A DNA stretch of 64,000 nucleotides from Minutocellus sp. GHC0000111. Its lineage: Eukaryota. Below, in pieces: positions 25,071 through 38,800 of this stretch (positions are counted from its first letter, which is position 1; the number at the start of each line of letters is the position of its first letter). A model generated the notes under the pieces. It had not been told where the DNA came from, did no database searches, and worked only from the letters and a program-made list of their open reading frames with translations. The DNA lies in contig OZ361258.1 in assembly GCA_977018835.1 (NCBI GenBank), positions 3,286,001-3,350,000 of the forward strand, given 5' to 3'. Position numbers and translations under genes: made by a program.

Positions 25071-27605
25071 TTATCTGTTTACTTCTACTGAGAGAAGCAT
25101 CGTCGTTACCAGCCTCCGGCCTTTGCCGAGATCTTCCTCCCAAACCTCCGCGTGATCGGTCTTATGCAAAAGAATCCGTGCTCGCCTTCTTCTGTGATTA
25201 CTTTGTGCGGAATCGAACGCAGTGTTTGTATGCGTTCTATTATTTGCATACTGGCTGACATGAAGTACTTCGGTGTCACTGCCGAACGGCGTCGGTACAG
25301 TCAACCTCAACCGCCGTCTCCTTCCGACATTCACCTCGCCGTACATTTCCTGCAGATTACTAAAGTCAACCTCATCTGGTTTCATATTGTTCTGAGGCGT
25401 AATGGTGTAGTCCAAGCATGTGCCCAAATCTCGATTGCCAACAATCACATCTCGATGGGGAAGGCCCCACGCGTGTCCGAGTTCGTGACACATCACATAC
25501 TGTCTCTCAGTATCTCTGGCATTTCGAAGGTAGTTCTCGTTCATCATTGCTACACTGGATACTATCCAATTATTTTCGAACAACAATTCGTTCAATCTGT
25601 GTTATAAAAAAAAGATATGGTAGGAGGAAAACATTTATTTGAGATCAGAATTTTTTTTGAACAGGAGCCAAAAATATTTTTGAATGGCGACAATAGGCAA
25701 TCTAACTCACCCAGTCCAATCAGTGCGTCCATAATCTCCATTGCACGTCTTTACCATACCGCGCGTGTGCTTTTCGCAGGGAGGTCCATCATTATCCGGG
25801 ACAGTTGTAAGCTGCAGAGCTGTTGCCCCATTCCAATCCTCAATCGCCTGGTAGAAATGGTTATGCCAGTCATCGGTAAGGCCATTGATTAGCGTAAGCT
25901 TGAGACCCTTCTTATCTCTCCCAATACGCCACCGCTGAAAGTCGGAAGAATTGGCATTCTGTCCGCCATAATCTCCCTCCCAACCCTGTCCCCAGCTATC
26001 TCGAAACCAGGGCGGTAGAGACTCTACATCTCCGCCTGCAGATCGAAAAACGATACCAAAGAGAACAAACAGAACCACACCAATGCATCCGGCCATGATG
26101 ACACAGGATATCATTCTGTGCACTGTATTGCAGCAACCGCCGCCACGAGATGATCGCCCGCGCCCACTATTGCCATCATCTAGCATATCGTTGGGGGATA
26201 GCCCCAGACTTGTCATTCTCGCGGCTTCGGCGGCTGCCAGCGATCTCGCCATCTCTTCATCCTGGAACTGCTGTTCCATAGCTCTCACGGCCTCTTGCTC
26301 TTTAAGCATTTCATTCTGAAGTTTCCGTGCCAGAGCCTCGTCGGAAGCCATACTAGACCTTGCGCCTCCACTTGCATAAGTGGCTGCTGCTACAGGCACC
26401 GCGGCAATTGTTGCCGAATTTTGTCTCTGTTGCTGCGATTGAGTAGACTGATTTCCTGCCGTCGCATTATTTCTATTCTTGCTTCGTTTGGACGAGCCAT
26501 TGGTAATTCCGGTACCAGACGAATCCGTCGTCAATCTTGATGAACTTCTTCGAATACTAGTAATGGCCTCCTCGCTTTGGCTGCTCCCACTTCCCCGTCC
26601 TACCGCAGCTGCCGTGGTAACGTTGGCTGCCGCCCGGGAAGCTGCCCGATTCGTTTTCGTTTTCTGCTTGTTTTTCTTATCATTTGTTGGCCTCTGTTGG
26701 TTGACAGCGGGCGGTACTCCTGAAAAATCCAAGGGCGCCTCGTCATCCAAATTTTGCTGCCGTTGCTGCATCCGCATAATTCTTTCCTTGAGCTTTCTTT
26801 GCGTCTTTTGCAATCGTCGAATCTTCTTTGCCTCCTCTTGAATTGTCAATTCGTACTGGTTTACATCCGACCTCTGTCTAATCTCAGCAAGACGCGAACG
26901 TCTCCTCTCCAGCTCGGCCTCAGTTGCATTTGCTTCTGCCACCAATTGTGTGAGAGATGCATTGGAAGCAGTAATATCCTCGGCGTCATCTTCTTGAATA
27001 CCGCTGCTGGATCGACTGGGAGGCCTGCTGCTTCTACTGGACCTGGTCCGGCTGTTGCTTCGGCTGGCAGTCGTGGTCTCCATCCCTTCTTCAGCAGAAA
27101 CTCCTGAAGATTGACTGGGGCGTTTCTTGGATTTCTTTGTTTGGCCCTGGGACTGAGGCTGAGGCTGATTGGTTCCGACCGACGGTGCTCTGCGGGTTGA
27201 TGACGCCGACGCCGACGCCTGCAGTCTCCGACTGGTGCTGCTGCTGGTAGCTGATATCGGCGGAGGAGGCGGGAGCGGCTGATCAGTTGCCGTGTGGAAC
27301 GACATGGCTAGCTCTACCGGTTGCCTCCTTCTGCTATTGCTGCCCCGGCTGTCTCTATTATTGTTATTTCGTCGCCTTTGTTGTTGATGGCCTCCATTAT
27401 TTTCACCTGTCTGCTGCTGCTGACTCTGCACTTGACGAGTAGTAGAATTGCCGGGCCTGCTCCTCCGATCACCAGTCTCACCACCATCATCATCATCATT
27501 GGCAGTACTACTGTGTCGTCTTCGATTGTTGGTATTCATGTTGCCCCCACCCGTCGATGATGAGGGAGGCAGCGGCGGTGCGGACGGTCGGACTTGATCA
27601 GTCAT
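25071..27605 (-). CDS. Type II membrane metzincin-like zinc metalloprotease with long disordered N-terminus; intron 25597-25710
   Basis: TM helix CVIMAGCIGVVLFVLFGIVF; HELGHAWGLPH (HExxHxxGxxH); splice junction restores TG/LNE frame. Confidence 0.8.
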
Positions 27606-28473
27606 TCTTGGGCCTCGTAATGCGAGTGAAATCGTTTGCAAGCACGAGATGTGCTGGAAATGCCGATGAAAATGCCCAACCACAGCAATACGCTTGAAAC
27701 CCTCTTTTGTTCTTATTGGTGGTCAGTTATGCAGACGAAGAGCACCTCGAATGTGTTATTCGTCTCTTCCTACGACTGACTTGGTGGCCGCTTCGTTGCT
27801 GCTCGAGCCGTTATTTGTGTGTCGTTCATCGATGGCTTCGCGGCGAGCAAGCAAGTACTGTCACATCCGGGACTCATTTATCGGGACCGATACCGCCCAA
27901 ATCGGCAGTCGTCCCGTCTCGACATCATCGGCAGACCACACCAAACGCTCTTGTTTTTGCTGACATCTTCTACTAGATCTATTGGATCAGGTTGCCAAAA
28001 CATCACAGTAGTACATGTAGCTTAGGGTAGATCTACAAGTGACCAACTCTTATCTGAAATTATGATTTTTGCTCTTCTAAGGGATCAATTCTGCAGACCT
28101 GCCACCAAATATCAACACCAGGTAGCAGCTTGTCTTCAACTCAACGAAGGTGGCGGCGTTGCGCCTCGGAGCCTCGATCTTACGCTGGGCTTTCCCCAGC
28201 CAGAAACCGGACCGTGTCGCGGCATACATATAAAAATGAAGCGACGAACCACGATGAGATCTCGTACGTACCCCGCTCCGTGCGCCTCCAACGCTCTTAC
28301 TATCTTAACGACCATGTCTCGTCGAGACAAGCTGTGCACCCCAGGCCAAATATTTGAGGGTCCATGCATTAATTTTGATTCCAGAGGAACAAGCAACAAT
28401 CACAAAAAAAGAAATCAAATTGGCCAAACTGTATGATATGCAAACAAAATATTTTTGTAGTCCCAGAGAAAAT

Positions 28474-30297
28474 TTAGAAGCCAAATGCCTCACTTCCCTC
28501 CATCTGCTCCTTCTGGAAGGCCTCGTAGAACTGGTAGATGATGGTGACACTGAGAAGGATACCGGTTCCGGTACCGATCGCGCCGAGGAAATCGGCAACA
28601 ACGGTGAGGGCACCGATGCACATACCACCGAAGGCGGCGGCGGTGGGGATGTACCGGTTGAGGACGTGGATGATGGCGGCATCACGGTGGCCCTTCATGA
28701 CCATCTGGGCATCACGGAGCTGCTTGGCAACATCACGGGCGGAGGCGCCGGACACCTCGATCCAGGTCTTGGAGAAGAGGGCGCAGGCGGTGAGGATGAA
28801 AATGAGGTAGAAGACGGCGTGGAAGGGGTCGTAGATGATCTCAGCCAGAGAGGTGGGAGGCTGATGTAGTAGGCGATGCCACCGACGGGGATCATCTCAC
28901 CGCCCTCATTGTCCTGCCACTTGCCAAGAAGACGAACGAGGACGTTGGTAGGGGCACGGTTGTACAAGAGCTTGGAGATGAAGTAGAGGTTGGAAACCAG
29001 AGCAGTCTGGAGGATGATGGGCATGTTGGAGGTGTAGAACAGCTTGATGGGGTAGGTTCCGGACTGTCCACGGTACTTCTGGTACTTGACGGGGAGGTCG
29101 ACACGCCATCCCTGGAAGTAGATAACGACAGTGAAGACGAAGATGGTAGCGAACAGGTTGGTAAGGTTGGGGAGGTTCTGGCGGTAGATGGCCTCCTTGA
29201 GGGCGCGGACCTTGTCATTGCGGGTGATGAGAAGGTGGAAGAGAGCGATGATGGCTCCCTCGAACTCGGTGCCGCGGCCGGTGTTGATGGTGGTGGGACT
29301 GAAGGCCTTCCATACGATGTTCTCGCAGATGTTGGTGGCAATGAAAAGACTGATACCACTTCCAAGGCCATATCCCTTCTGAAGGAGCTCGTCGAGGGTG
29401 AGGACGATGAGACCGGCACAGAAGAGCTGGGCGATGATGATGAGGGCGTTACCGGCACCGATGGTGCCGAGGTCACCGTACATACCACTAACGACGTAGG
29501 CAATGGCCTCACCGACAGTGATGAGGATACCAAAGAGCTTCTGGGCACCCTGGAAGAGGGCGCGGTCCTCCTTGACGTTGTAGTTCACCTCAATGATGCG
29601 CGAACCGGCCAAAAGCTGCATGACGAGGCCGGACGTGACAATAGGACTGATGCCGAGCTCCATGAGGGTGCCTCGGTTCGAGGCCAGGATGACACGCATC
29701 CAGTAGAATGGGTCGGAGGACTTGGCGCTCTGGACGACGTAGATGGGGATCTGGCAGCACACCAGGAAGATGAACAGCGTGATGGTCGTCCAAAGTCCTT
29801 CTCGCGGAACGGGATCTGTTGCGGTTTGGACATATATTTGTTTTGCACATATGTTCATTTCCATCCATGCCGAGGCAAGCACATTTCACCGAAGAAAGGT
29901 CACCCAAGGTGATTGATTCATTCATTGCCCCATGCCCAGCGACAAAAAGAAGCGTCCGCCAAAAGAAAAAAAAGCAGCACATACCGCGCAGACACGTGTT
30001 TATCGATAATAAGTCAGATCACCGGGGCCAGGCACAGAAGGAGAAAGATGAGAAAGTCGATTGCGTGAGTTACATGCGCGGGTGTAGATAATGTATTTTC
30101 TCCCTACAAGCGACGGTAAGAAGTCAACCAAATAACCACCAACACATCCATCCGCCGATGGCACGTGGAAGGCGAAGCACTCAAACTGATGGAGGAAGTG
30201 ACCGAAAGAAACCTAAAATCAAACTCACCTTGCGGTCCGGGCTGGCGACCTCGGGGAGGACGCACATGACGGGGCGGATCAGATGGAGGAACCTCAT
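28474..30297 (-). CDS. SEC61A: Sec61 alpha subunit (exon 1 30297-30229; intron to 29816); two apparent 1-nt deletions (~29797, ~28858)
   Basis: [89 protein letters not shown]. Confidence 0.95.
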
Positions 30298-30417
30298 CTT
30301 GGCGTAATAATTCTCTTGGGTAGCTTACTTCGTCTGCTTCCTGGCTGGTCTCAGCTGTGGACGAGCGATCGGAAAAGCGGCGAGCGATGCCTGTCGAATG
30401 AGTCGATTGATGAAATG

Positions 30418-30427
30418 GGTTATGAGC
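30418..30427 (-). promoter_or_regulatory. GCTCATAACC motif ~120 bp upstream of SEC61A
   Basis: Plus strand GGTTATGAGC; identical 10-mer at 45767 and 53085. Confidence 0.5.
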
Positions 30428-30565
30428 CGGGAGTGAGTCTTTTGTGCTGCAAAATCCAGGGCGCCAAAAAGGAATGCCGCCTCTCGCGGAAACGTTGTGA
30501 GATATTTCACATCTACATGCATAAATGTAATCTACAAATTTTATTCTTGTAATTGACAAGACAAT

Positions 30566-33500
30566 ACTCTTTTAGAATCGAAAGACTCGAAAAGGGCTTT
30601 AACGCGTGTTAGTTACTACACTACCAACGGATTTTTAGGATGCTGCTTGGAACCGCTACCCCCCCCCTCGGGACACCCCGAGGAGGAGGCGCCACCAAGT
30701 ACTTCGCTGCAGGGTGGTCAGGACGTGTTCGTCGGGCCACGATTGGTGCTGGTTTGATCTGTTTCGAGATCGAGGACTTTTTGAAGGAAGGCGTTGGAGA
30801 GGGTGCCGACGGGGGTTTGAATCCCAGGGACATGAGTGTGTTGGTCCGCCATGTGCTCATGATGGTCCAGAAAGGTTGCACCCGATTGATGGATCTGTGG
30901 CGGCGGCAGCGCTGCAGAAGCCGGAGGCGGTCCCGAGTGATGCTGAACTACTGAAGCACGTCAGTGGCATGAAACGAGGAACGGTGCGCAGCGGACACCG
31001 GCGCCCTATGGGCGTGCAGTTCACGCTGCGTGTCATGACGACGAAGTCGCTCTATGCGATCAAAGGCCATCCTGACGTGTCGCGGATGCTCCGCAACCAA
31101 GGCAAGTCAGTCTGGATGGCGACGAAGACGACGAAAGGAGGCAACCCCGTCCGCGTTGGATTCCTGAGTGGCACAGCCCACCCGGAATTCACGGACAGAG
31201 ATTCTCTCGCGCTTGCCCTGAAGGACCTTGGCGTTACTGATGTGGGCGAGAAATCGAACGAGAATGCAAAGGCGAAGCTGATCCGCGGCCCTGTGAGTGC
31301 GTCGTATGCCAACGTCAAAGTCGAAGGAGATGCCATTGTGGTCTTGGCTGATGACTCCGTCAAGGATACTGTCACCGACCAGCTCATGGACATCACCAGC
31401 AAGATGAATGCCGAAGATGAAAACGTCCCAGGATATCAGCCTGCAAGGAACATTTTCTTCACACCCTTTCGGATGGGAGACGAGTTCTGTGCAGAGGTTA
31501 TTCGAAAGAACAACAAGACGAACGTGGAGGCGGGAGCAATTCCCATCTATGATGTCAAGTCGATGGCCGCAAAGATCAACATCCCCAACAAGGTTACCGA
31601 TGCTGCCAAGGAGAACAATGACGGGGAGATGGTCGATGATACGAGCGTTGCCCTCGGATCGACGACGATGACTATCGGCGATTGGATCCTAAACCACAAG
31701 GACGAGAAGGGAGAGGCAGTGTTTTATGCCGTGCAGCGACGCAATGGAAACGCCAATGCTTGGAATCTGATGTACAAGTCGAAAGACAAGCGTGAGGCAG
31801 CAAGAAGCTTTGCTGAGAAGTTCAACGAGGTGGTGCAGGTGGCGGTCCCACCTGACCAGCTGGATGAGGCATTCCCCAATGGGTCAGACCTTACGAAAGT
31901 TGGAATCTCGCCGAAGTACGGAGGCACCGGAGGAAAGGATGCGATGACAGACAGCATGAAGAAATACCTTCGAGCCATGAAGATGGATAATCCGCAGGAA
32001 TCGGGTGCTGCCCCCCGCGCCATTCTCCCTACGGAAGACGATGTGGTCAAGCGCAGCCGGTCGAAGCGGAAGTCCTATTGCTTAATGGAGAGATCGATCT
32101 CGCAACGTACACAGACGACGATATCCTCATGACCCTGTTGGAAACGATGCAGCACAATGAGATCACAAAGACGATGAAACCAGTGTCACTCGACCTCTCC
32201 ACCGAGCAATACGTAGCCAAATATCGAACGATGAACGAGTCGAAGTCAAGCTCGCCATCTGGACTACATCGGGGCCATGACCTCACGCAGATCCAGCACG
32301 AAGAGATTGCAGCATATCGAAGCGAAGTAACGATGTACCCATTCAAACATGGCTTTGCCCCGAAGGCCTGGACAAACATGATCGAACATAGAAAAGGAAA
32401 AATGCCGAAGAGACTGCGGCTGGAATACCCAATGGGCCCTTGGTATCAAATCCAGCATCACGCATGGGACAGGTGGATGCTCGACGAAGGCAAGAATGTA
32501 TTGTACGAGTATGACGAGATGAAGCGATGCCTTAATGTGCTGAAATACTCACCAGATCAGCAGGGATATAGTCGGACTGGAGCCTCAACGAAGAAAATGC
32601 CCAAATTGGCAGTCCCAGTGCAAACAGTGGAATCAAATGTAGTCAAATTGATCGGATGTCGCCCCAGCCTGCCCCTTCCTAGCGTGAGGGACGCGGAAAC
32701 TGCGGAGATGTCACTCAAGGAGAGAATTGCGTGTCAACCTGACCACATCCGAAGAATGATCGGCGACGTTGATGTGCCGGATGACGAATTCGAGGAACTT
32801 GCCAACGCACTTGCCAAGGGTTTTGCAATCCTCGTTAGTGACGGTGCCGTAGCTAAGAAACGAGCAGCACATGCTTGGAAGATCGCGGTCAACGATGTCG
32901 AACATGAATTTGCAGCGGCGGCTGGTCCATGTGATGCTGACCCAGAGAGTATTACCTCGTACCGCGCCGAACTCACAGGAATTTGCGGAGGGATGGCATT
33001 TGCATTACTGCTACTGCGCCACCACAATCTCACAATGCCGGACAATGTCAAGCTCACGGTGTATTGCGACAATGAATCAGCGGTAACGACTGTGTCAGTG
33101 CGAGAGTTTATGCGGGGGGTGAAAGCCCATACCGCAGCCGAACACGACGTCATCTTTGAGATCCGTTCCATGATCGACGCTGCCGGCGTTGGCATCAAGG
33201 CCAAGCACGTCAAAGGCCACCAGGACAGCGACAAACAGTACGAGGAATTGCCATTTCCAGCAAGAATGAATGTGGATTGTGACAAACTAGCAGGAGATTT
33301 CCTCCGGAATCCCCCCCCTGGGTGGGAACCACGCTGCTCTGCCCCAATCATGAACCAAGTTGCGCTGAGCATAGATGGCATCACGATGACTTCCAACATA
33401 GCAAGCGGCATACGACGAAAGATCCATGGCGACAGACTGAAGCAATACATTATCAAGAAAGAGCAGCGACAAGATCCGGGATGGAGTGAATTCGATTTCG

Positions 33501-34634
33501 ACTCGATTGATTGGGAATCAATCAGGATAGCACTGAAACGAGAGAAACCAGGCCGAGTCCGACGGATACTGAAATTCCAACACCACTGGCTTCCTACAGC
33601 AGAGCGGATGTATGGTAGCACAGCATCGAAACAATGCCCAGCATGCAAGGACGAAGAGAATCAGCAGCACCTCCTTCGATGTAAAGCCAATGTGAGTGCC
33701 ACGAACGTGAAACTGCAACTCCAGATCCTGCGGCGATCTCTCCGCAAGATACACGTGCTCCCGTCAATTTGGCAAACGATTGAGGAAGAATTACTTTATG
33801 CTCTTGGACATTCCGACAGTAAGCCATCCCCGATGTTCCTTCAGGACGTAACCTACAACGAGCATGGGTGGACCAACAAAACATTGGATGGATCAACATG
33901 ATCAAAGGTCGCATTTCGCCTACAGGTACTGGGGAATCGCCCAGAATCAATACTACATCGAACGTTTCCCAGAAAAGGACACCTTGTCGGCCCAAGTATT
34001 TCAAATACGATTAATTCGAGGAATGTGGCTGCTCTTTGAGGGCGTCTGGTTCCAGCGGAACGCAATACTGCACCATGTAGATGACAGCGTGAAGAGCCAA
34101 GCGTGCGACAAGAAGATCCGACAATACATCAAACGAAAAGAAGCCCTAGTCGATGCTCATGACCTGCCCTTATTCAAGACCTTCAAACGACGAGAATACC
34201 GAGATCTCCCCCTTGCAACAAAAGAACGATGGATAGAACAAGTCGAACTAGCAATCAAGTCTCGACATGGCACATTGGATGTGCCCGAAGAACTCCCGAT
34301 TACACACTACTTTTCTCCACCATCGACAGCAGCCGACAATTGATGACATGATCCAGATGGGATCGGACGAACCAAGACGAACGACAATGGCCTGATTTTC
34401 CCTTTCAAAGGGTTTTAGGGGGCAACGATACACACCAAGATATTACAGATGACTCTAGGAGGAACGGCATGGCTCTCGCCTTCCTGAGGGGGAGCTAAAC
34501 CGGTGGTTACCCACCATTTGGGTCGGAGGCTCGCCCTCCTTCCCTCTACCTTCCACTAGGATAGTAGCAGCGCGCCGAATGGTAGCAGCTGGTGTAGTGC
34601 GGAACCTTAGCTTAAGCTAAAACTGCGTTTTCCA
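30566..34634 (+). mobile_element. Internally deleted non-LTR retrotransposon (Ambal-like diatom LINE architecture): ORF1, pre-RT fragment, RNase H, Cys/His knuckle; no endonuclease or RT core
   Basis: Perfect 16-bp direct repeat TAATTGACAAGACAAT at 30550-30565 and 34635-34650; RNase H motifs LVSDGAV / SYRAELTG / YCDNESAV / HVKGHQD / NVDCDKLA; CPACKDEENQQHLLRC; pre-RT SSSPSGLHRGH; QQNIGWINMIKGRIS and VWFQRNAILH C-terminal motifs. Confidence 0.88.
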
Positions 34635-35193
34635 TAATTGACAAGACAATGGGAATTCCCAATGCTCGGCCGGCGTTGCAGACGTCGATGTCTGATGTTC
34701 GTTCCTCCTCCTCCTCCCCCCAATTTCTCTCTTTGCATCCATTTGTCCGTGATAGGTCCGAATTCAAGGGTTATACAGAAAAGGAGTTTGGATGCAATCG
34801 AAATAGGACGCAAACCCTCAAATGTTCATTGCAAATAACAGCCGAAAGAAATAAGCCAGAAGAATATCACCAGTAGAAAATAATGGCGGCTCTCGGACAA
34901 AAGGAGGAAGTCTCATTCATTCAACCAAAGAATGGGAGCCGATTTGACTCTTCGTCGAAATCAAATCAAACAAAAGGGCACCCTCAGTAGAAATTCTCCT
35001 CAAGAACGATGGCCACATGTAGTCCAGTACTTGTGTCTATCATTCGGTCCATATGCAATGCCTTGTGTCCTCCGACATATCACGTCAAAAATGTATTTCA
35101 CCTTCCCTTCCCTGTATACATCGATTCATCCCCATCGACATCCAAATCAAATACTACTCCACTGCGGCAAGCCCACCTGCATGTGTCCACTGA

Positions 35194-35529
35194 TCATATT
35201 CTCTTTCGGGTGGTCTGATATAGGTCAAAGTCTCTGGTCTTGTACGCCGGTGCCGACGTTGCCGACATGGATTTGCGTCCCCCGCCCTTGCTGCTACCTG
35301 TGGTGGCACGCACGCCCTGAAAGCTTTCCGACAATAACTGGCCCAACAAGCAAAGGCCAAAGGCAGCAATGACCTCGACGGTCGCATCGAGAGGGGGGCG
35401 GTCGGGATTCAAATGATCGGGAATGTCGACGGCCGAGAGGAGGATTGACCGATACTGCAGTGCCGAGAAGGCAGAGTGAAATACAAGGGCGATGCCAAGG
35501 CCCGACAGAAGAGATGAGGCGGAGGGCAT
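35194..35529 (-). CDS. EMC5: ER membrane protein complex subunit 5 / MMgT-family membrane protein
   Basis: 111 aa; two TM helices; HSAFSALQYR...PPLDATVEV...RDFDLYQTT resembles the HAAFSAAQHR..LPxDI..RPSFxxFNHR pattern. Confidence 0.75.
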   Translation of the reverse strand: MPSASSLLSGLGIALVFHSAFSALQYRSILLSAVDIPDHLNPDRPPLDATVEVIAAFGLCLLGQLLSESFQGVRATTGSSKGGGRKSMSATSAPAYKTRDFDLYQTTRKRI

Positions 35530-35827
35530 GCTATTTCAACGGTAGTGTTTCTAATGTACTAGATGCGTAGTAATGATTGTTTGTGATACCGCAGCGTCAC
35601 GATGTAGTGCGACGTATCTTCAGGGTAAGTCTGAAAAAATGAGCACATGATGACCGCGGCAGGCCGACGACGGCCAGGACAAATTTTCTCGCGGCCGATC
35701 GATCCTGCAATCCTGCCGGCTGCCGGCGATACGATAGTCTGGAGTGGACGACTGGTAAGTCTTTGAGCATCCATCTTCCGTACTTACCGCAGCTCGAGCA
35801 TGTTGCCACCCTAGCTTTCTGCTAAGA

Positions 35828-38800
35828 ATGGAGGGAAGAAAGCGAAAGAGGCAGACGAGCAACGGCGCCGCCAATCCGAGCACATCACCGCGCGGTTCTT
35901 CGTCCAATCGTCATCCAGCCCCTCCTCCGCCACCTCCCCAATCCCTCGTCGATCTGCTCCAATCAGATGCGGAAGTTCTGCGGTACTTTGCCTCGCTACA
36001 GTCCAACTTGGAGGCTGATGTCGGGGCGTGGCGCGACAAGGCGCAGAAGTACAAGCGGGAGGCTGTCGCACTCCGACGGAAGTTGGAGCAGGCCGAGAAT
36101 GAACGGCGGCAACGAAAGAGGGAGGAATGCGATGGGAGTGACTCGTCTGATGCAGATCATGATTCGGATGCGTCTTTCGATGCTGACCGAAAAAAGGAGA
36201 GTGCAGGCGCCCATCGATCCAAAAAGACTCAGCCCAAAGCAAAGGAAAGTTCAATTTCAAATTGAAACAGAAAAATCTCCAGCAAATCTACAAGTCGAAA
36301 GAAGAAGGATGACGATGCAACTTCAGCAATACCAATGGCGCAGGGTAGGAATGGTGAGGCTGATATTGACCAGGAAGCGCCATTTGAAGATTATCAATCC
36401 AAACGTATCTCTGGGACAGATAGAGCTGCAATCTTATCTCAACTGGACGAAGGTTACCGATGCTTGGAGCGGCTGGGAGTATCCCTTGTCGATGAATCGT
36501 ATGCCTCAGCTCCAGCTCCAGCTCCAGCTCCAATTCCTGCCCCTGGTGCCGATCCTCCCTGTGACAATATCGACAGCGATGCCATCGATGGAGGCGAACG
36601 ACACGACGAAGGAAGCGCCACCGAAAAGACCGATCCCGTCGCACCAAGTCTCATCCTCACGCGGCGTTCGGATCATGACGTTGCTGCCGATCTGATGCGG
36701 TCTCTCCGCTCTCTGGTTCGGGTCTCCACACGCATCAGCGGTGCTGCTGCATCCAGTGATGACGGGGACAATAGAGATTTGGCTCGAAAATACGAACCAT
36801 TTCCTTCCCCTTCTACTGATGTTGGTTTTGGTGGTGGTAACAATAGTCATGTCAACGGCGGTGGTTCTGGCAATGGAGTAGAGACCTTGGAGATGTCGGC
36901 GTGCCTTCCTTGCTGCCACGAAAGGCTGGCCGACCAGCACCCGGCGGCCGATGGTCTTGGCGTTGCTATACGGGCATTGAACATACTGGACACATTCTGT
37001 GGTACGGTACTTGGTGACTGTTCGTGGGATGAACTGTTCGAAGAAAGTTATGATGAAGCCAATGCCGTCGCCGATGTCGATAATAACAGCACAACTGACA
37101 ACGAAAATACTCGCAGGGATATGAAGCTTGAGCACATCCGACAGGGGATGAGAGGTCGGAAGGGCCTTGTGAATTCCATTGTTCTGTCTTTGCGTGGGGA
37201 AATCACGACGAGATGGGCAGTGGAGGACCGACTTGCACGGTCGGATGTTGGGGCACTACTCTTTGACGATGCCTATGTCAATCCTTCTGACGACGATGAT
37301 GATAAAGACAATGACGATTATGATAATGGACTGGCCAAAGCTTCTTCGCAATCCTTTGATTCGAGGAGCTATAGTCGCCTCGCTTTGCTGGTAGACCGCG
37401 TCATGTACGCCAGAATAATTTCGGCCATTTACCAGAATAGATGCCGATACGATTTGGCCGAGAAGGTTGTTTTTGGCTATATCATTTCGGCGATGCCATC
37501 GTTTGGGGCTGAAGACTATCCTCAAAACAGCCCCGTCCTTAGCTTTTGCGTGTTGGAAGCGCTGGTGGGCTCAAATAACGGTACGGGCAACTCACGGTTT
37601 CGTCTATTCAAAGAGAGCGCTAGCAATTTTCTCACCAAGGCCCTCCAATTGTGTATCCAATCGACAAGGAAAATATGGACTGATCGGGCGAAAAGCACCG
37701 ATGGTAGAATCAGGGATGTATCTCGAGTGGAACTGACCGCCTTGAATCGGATCCTACAAAACGAAAGCATTTCCTTTTTTTGTATCGGGCAAAGGGGATC
37801 CCTTGGACGAAGAAGAGGCGGCACGGCAAGCAAGGGATATCTCATCCGTTATTGTTGAACAATTGGATTCTACCGACGCTCAGCCAGATGAGACTTCAGC
37901 ACTGCCTTTGTTTTTGTCTCTTATTTTGATTGGAGACTTTGAGCTTGTTGCGGAGACCTCAACCAAAGTGAAATTGAAATTGGACAGTGCAAATGAAGGA
38001 GGTAAATTCGTCTTTTCCTGTATGCTTCTGGCTTGTTGCCAAGCATTCCAGGCTATTCGTTGTCGAAACTCAGGGGCAGATAGCGCAGCGAACGATATCT
38101 CTGCTAACTTGGACTCAATGCTGGAGAATCTTAATACCACCAATAAGTCCAGCAGTGAAGGAGGAACCTCAATGTACCTACCCATTCTTGCCCAGTGCTC
38201 TGCTGTTCTCGCTGATGGCCTCGGAATACACAAAGCTGCCTCCCATACCACAATGAAAACGAACGGATCGACGCAAGTGACAGAAATGATAGAATCCAGC
38301 TCTTCGATTCCAATGATAAGAGTTATCAACCTCGAGCGACGGTCAGATCGCTGGAATGCTATTGTAGATCAAGCGAGAGCATCTCAGCTTCTCGTTGTCC
38401 GAGGCCCCGCATCTCTCGTGGAGTCGAACAATCGAGACGATGAGGCATACTGGGGAAATTATGCATTTGATGGGCGAGGTGACGTTGATTTCACGAAGAC
38501 AAGAATCACCCTCGGAGACACGTCGATTCGATTGAATGACTACGTGGCTTCTCATTGGCTACCTTGCGAGCTCTCTGTATTTGACAAGAATGCAAAAGAA
38601 GAGGAAGTATCTGTGCCAGCGAGCGCAACCGAACGTGCTTGTGCTTTATCACATGTTGCATCTTGGAAAGGAGTGGAAAGGTCTCTACGTTCCATTGAGC
38701 CTTCCATCAGTCAGGAGCGCAATGCCCCTTCGTTGAGTGCAGTTGCCGAAAATAGTTCCGGGCGTTTGCTTCGTATCAGTGGTTTTGCAAGTGGCCCCGC

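Noticed and set aside
28126..28334. 10-bp inverted repeat CAGCTTGTCT...AGACAAGCTG enclosing ~190 bp
   Set aside because: Short, no TSD, no second copy in window; compatible with chance
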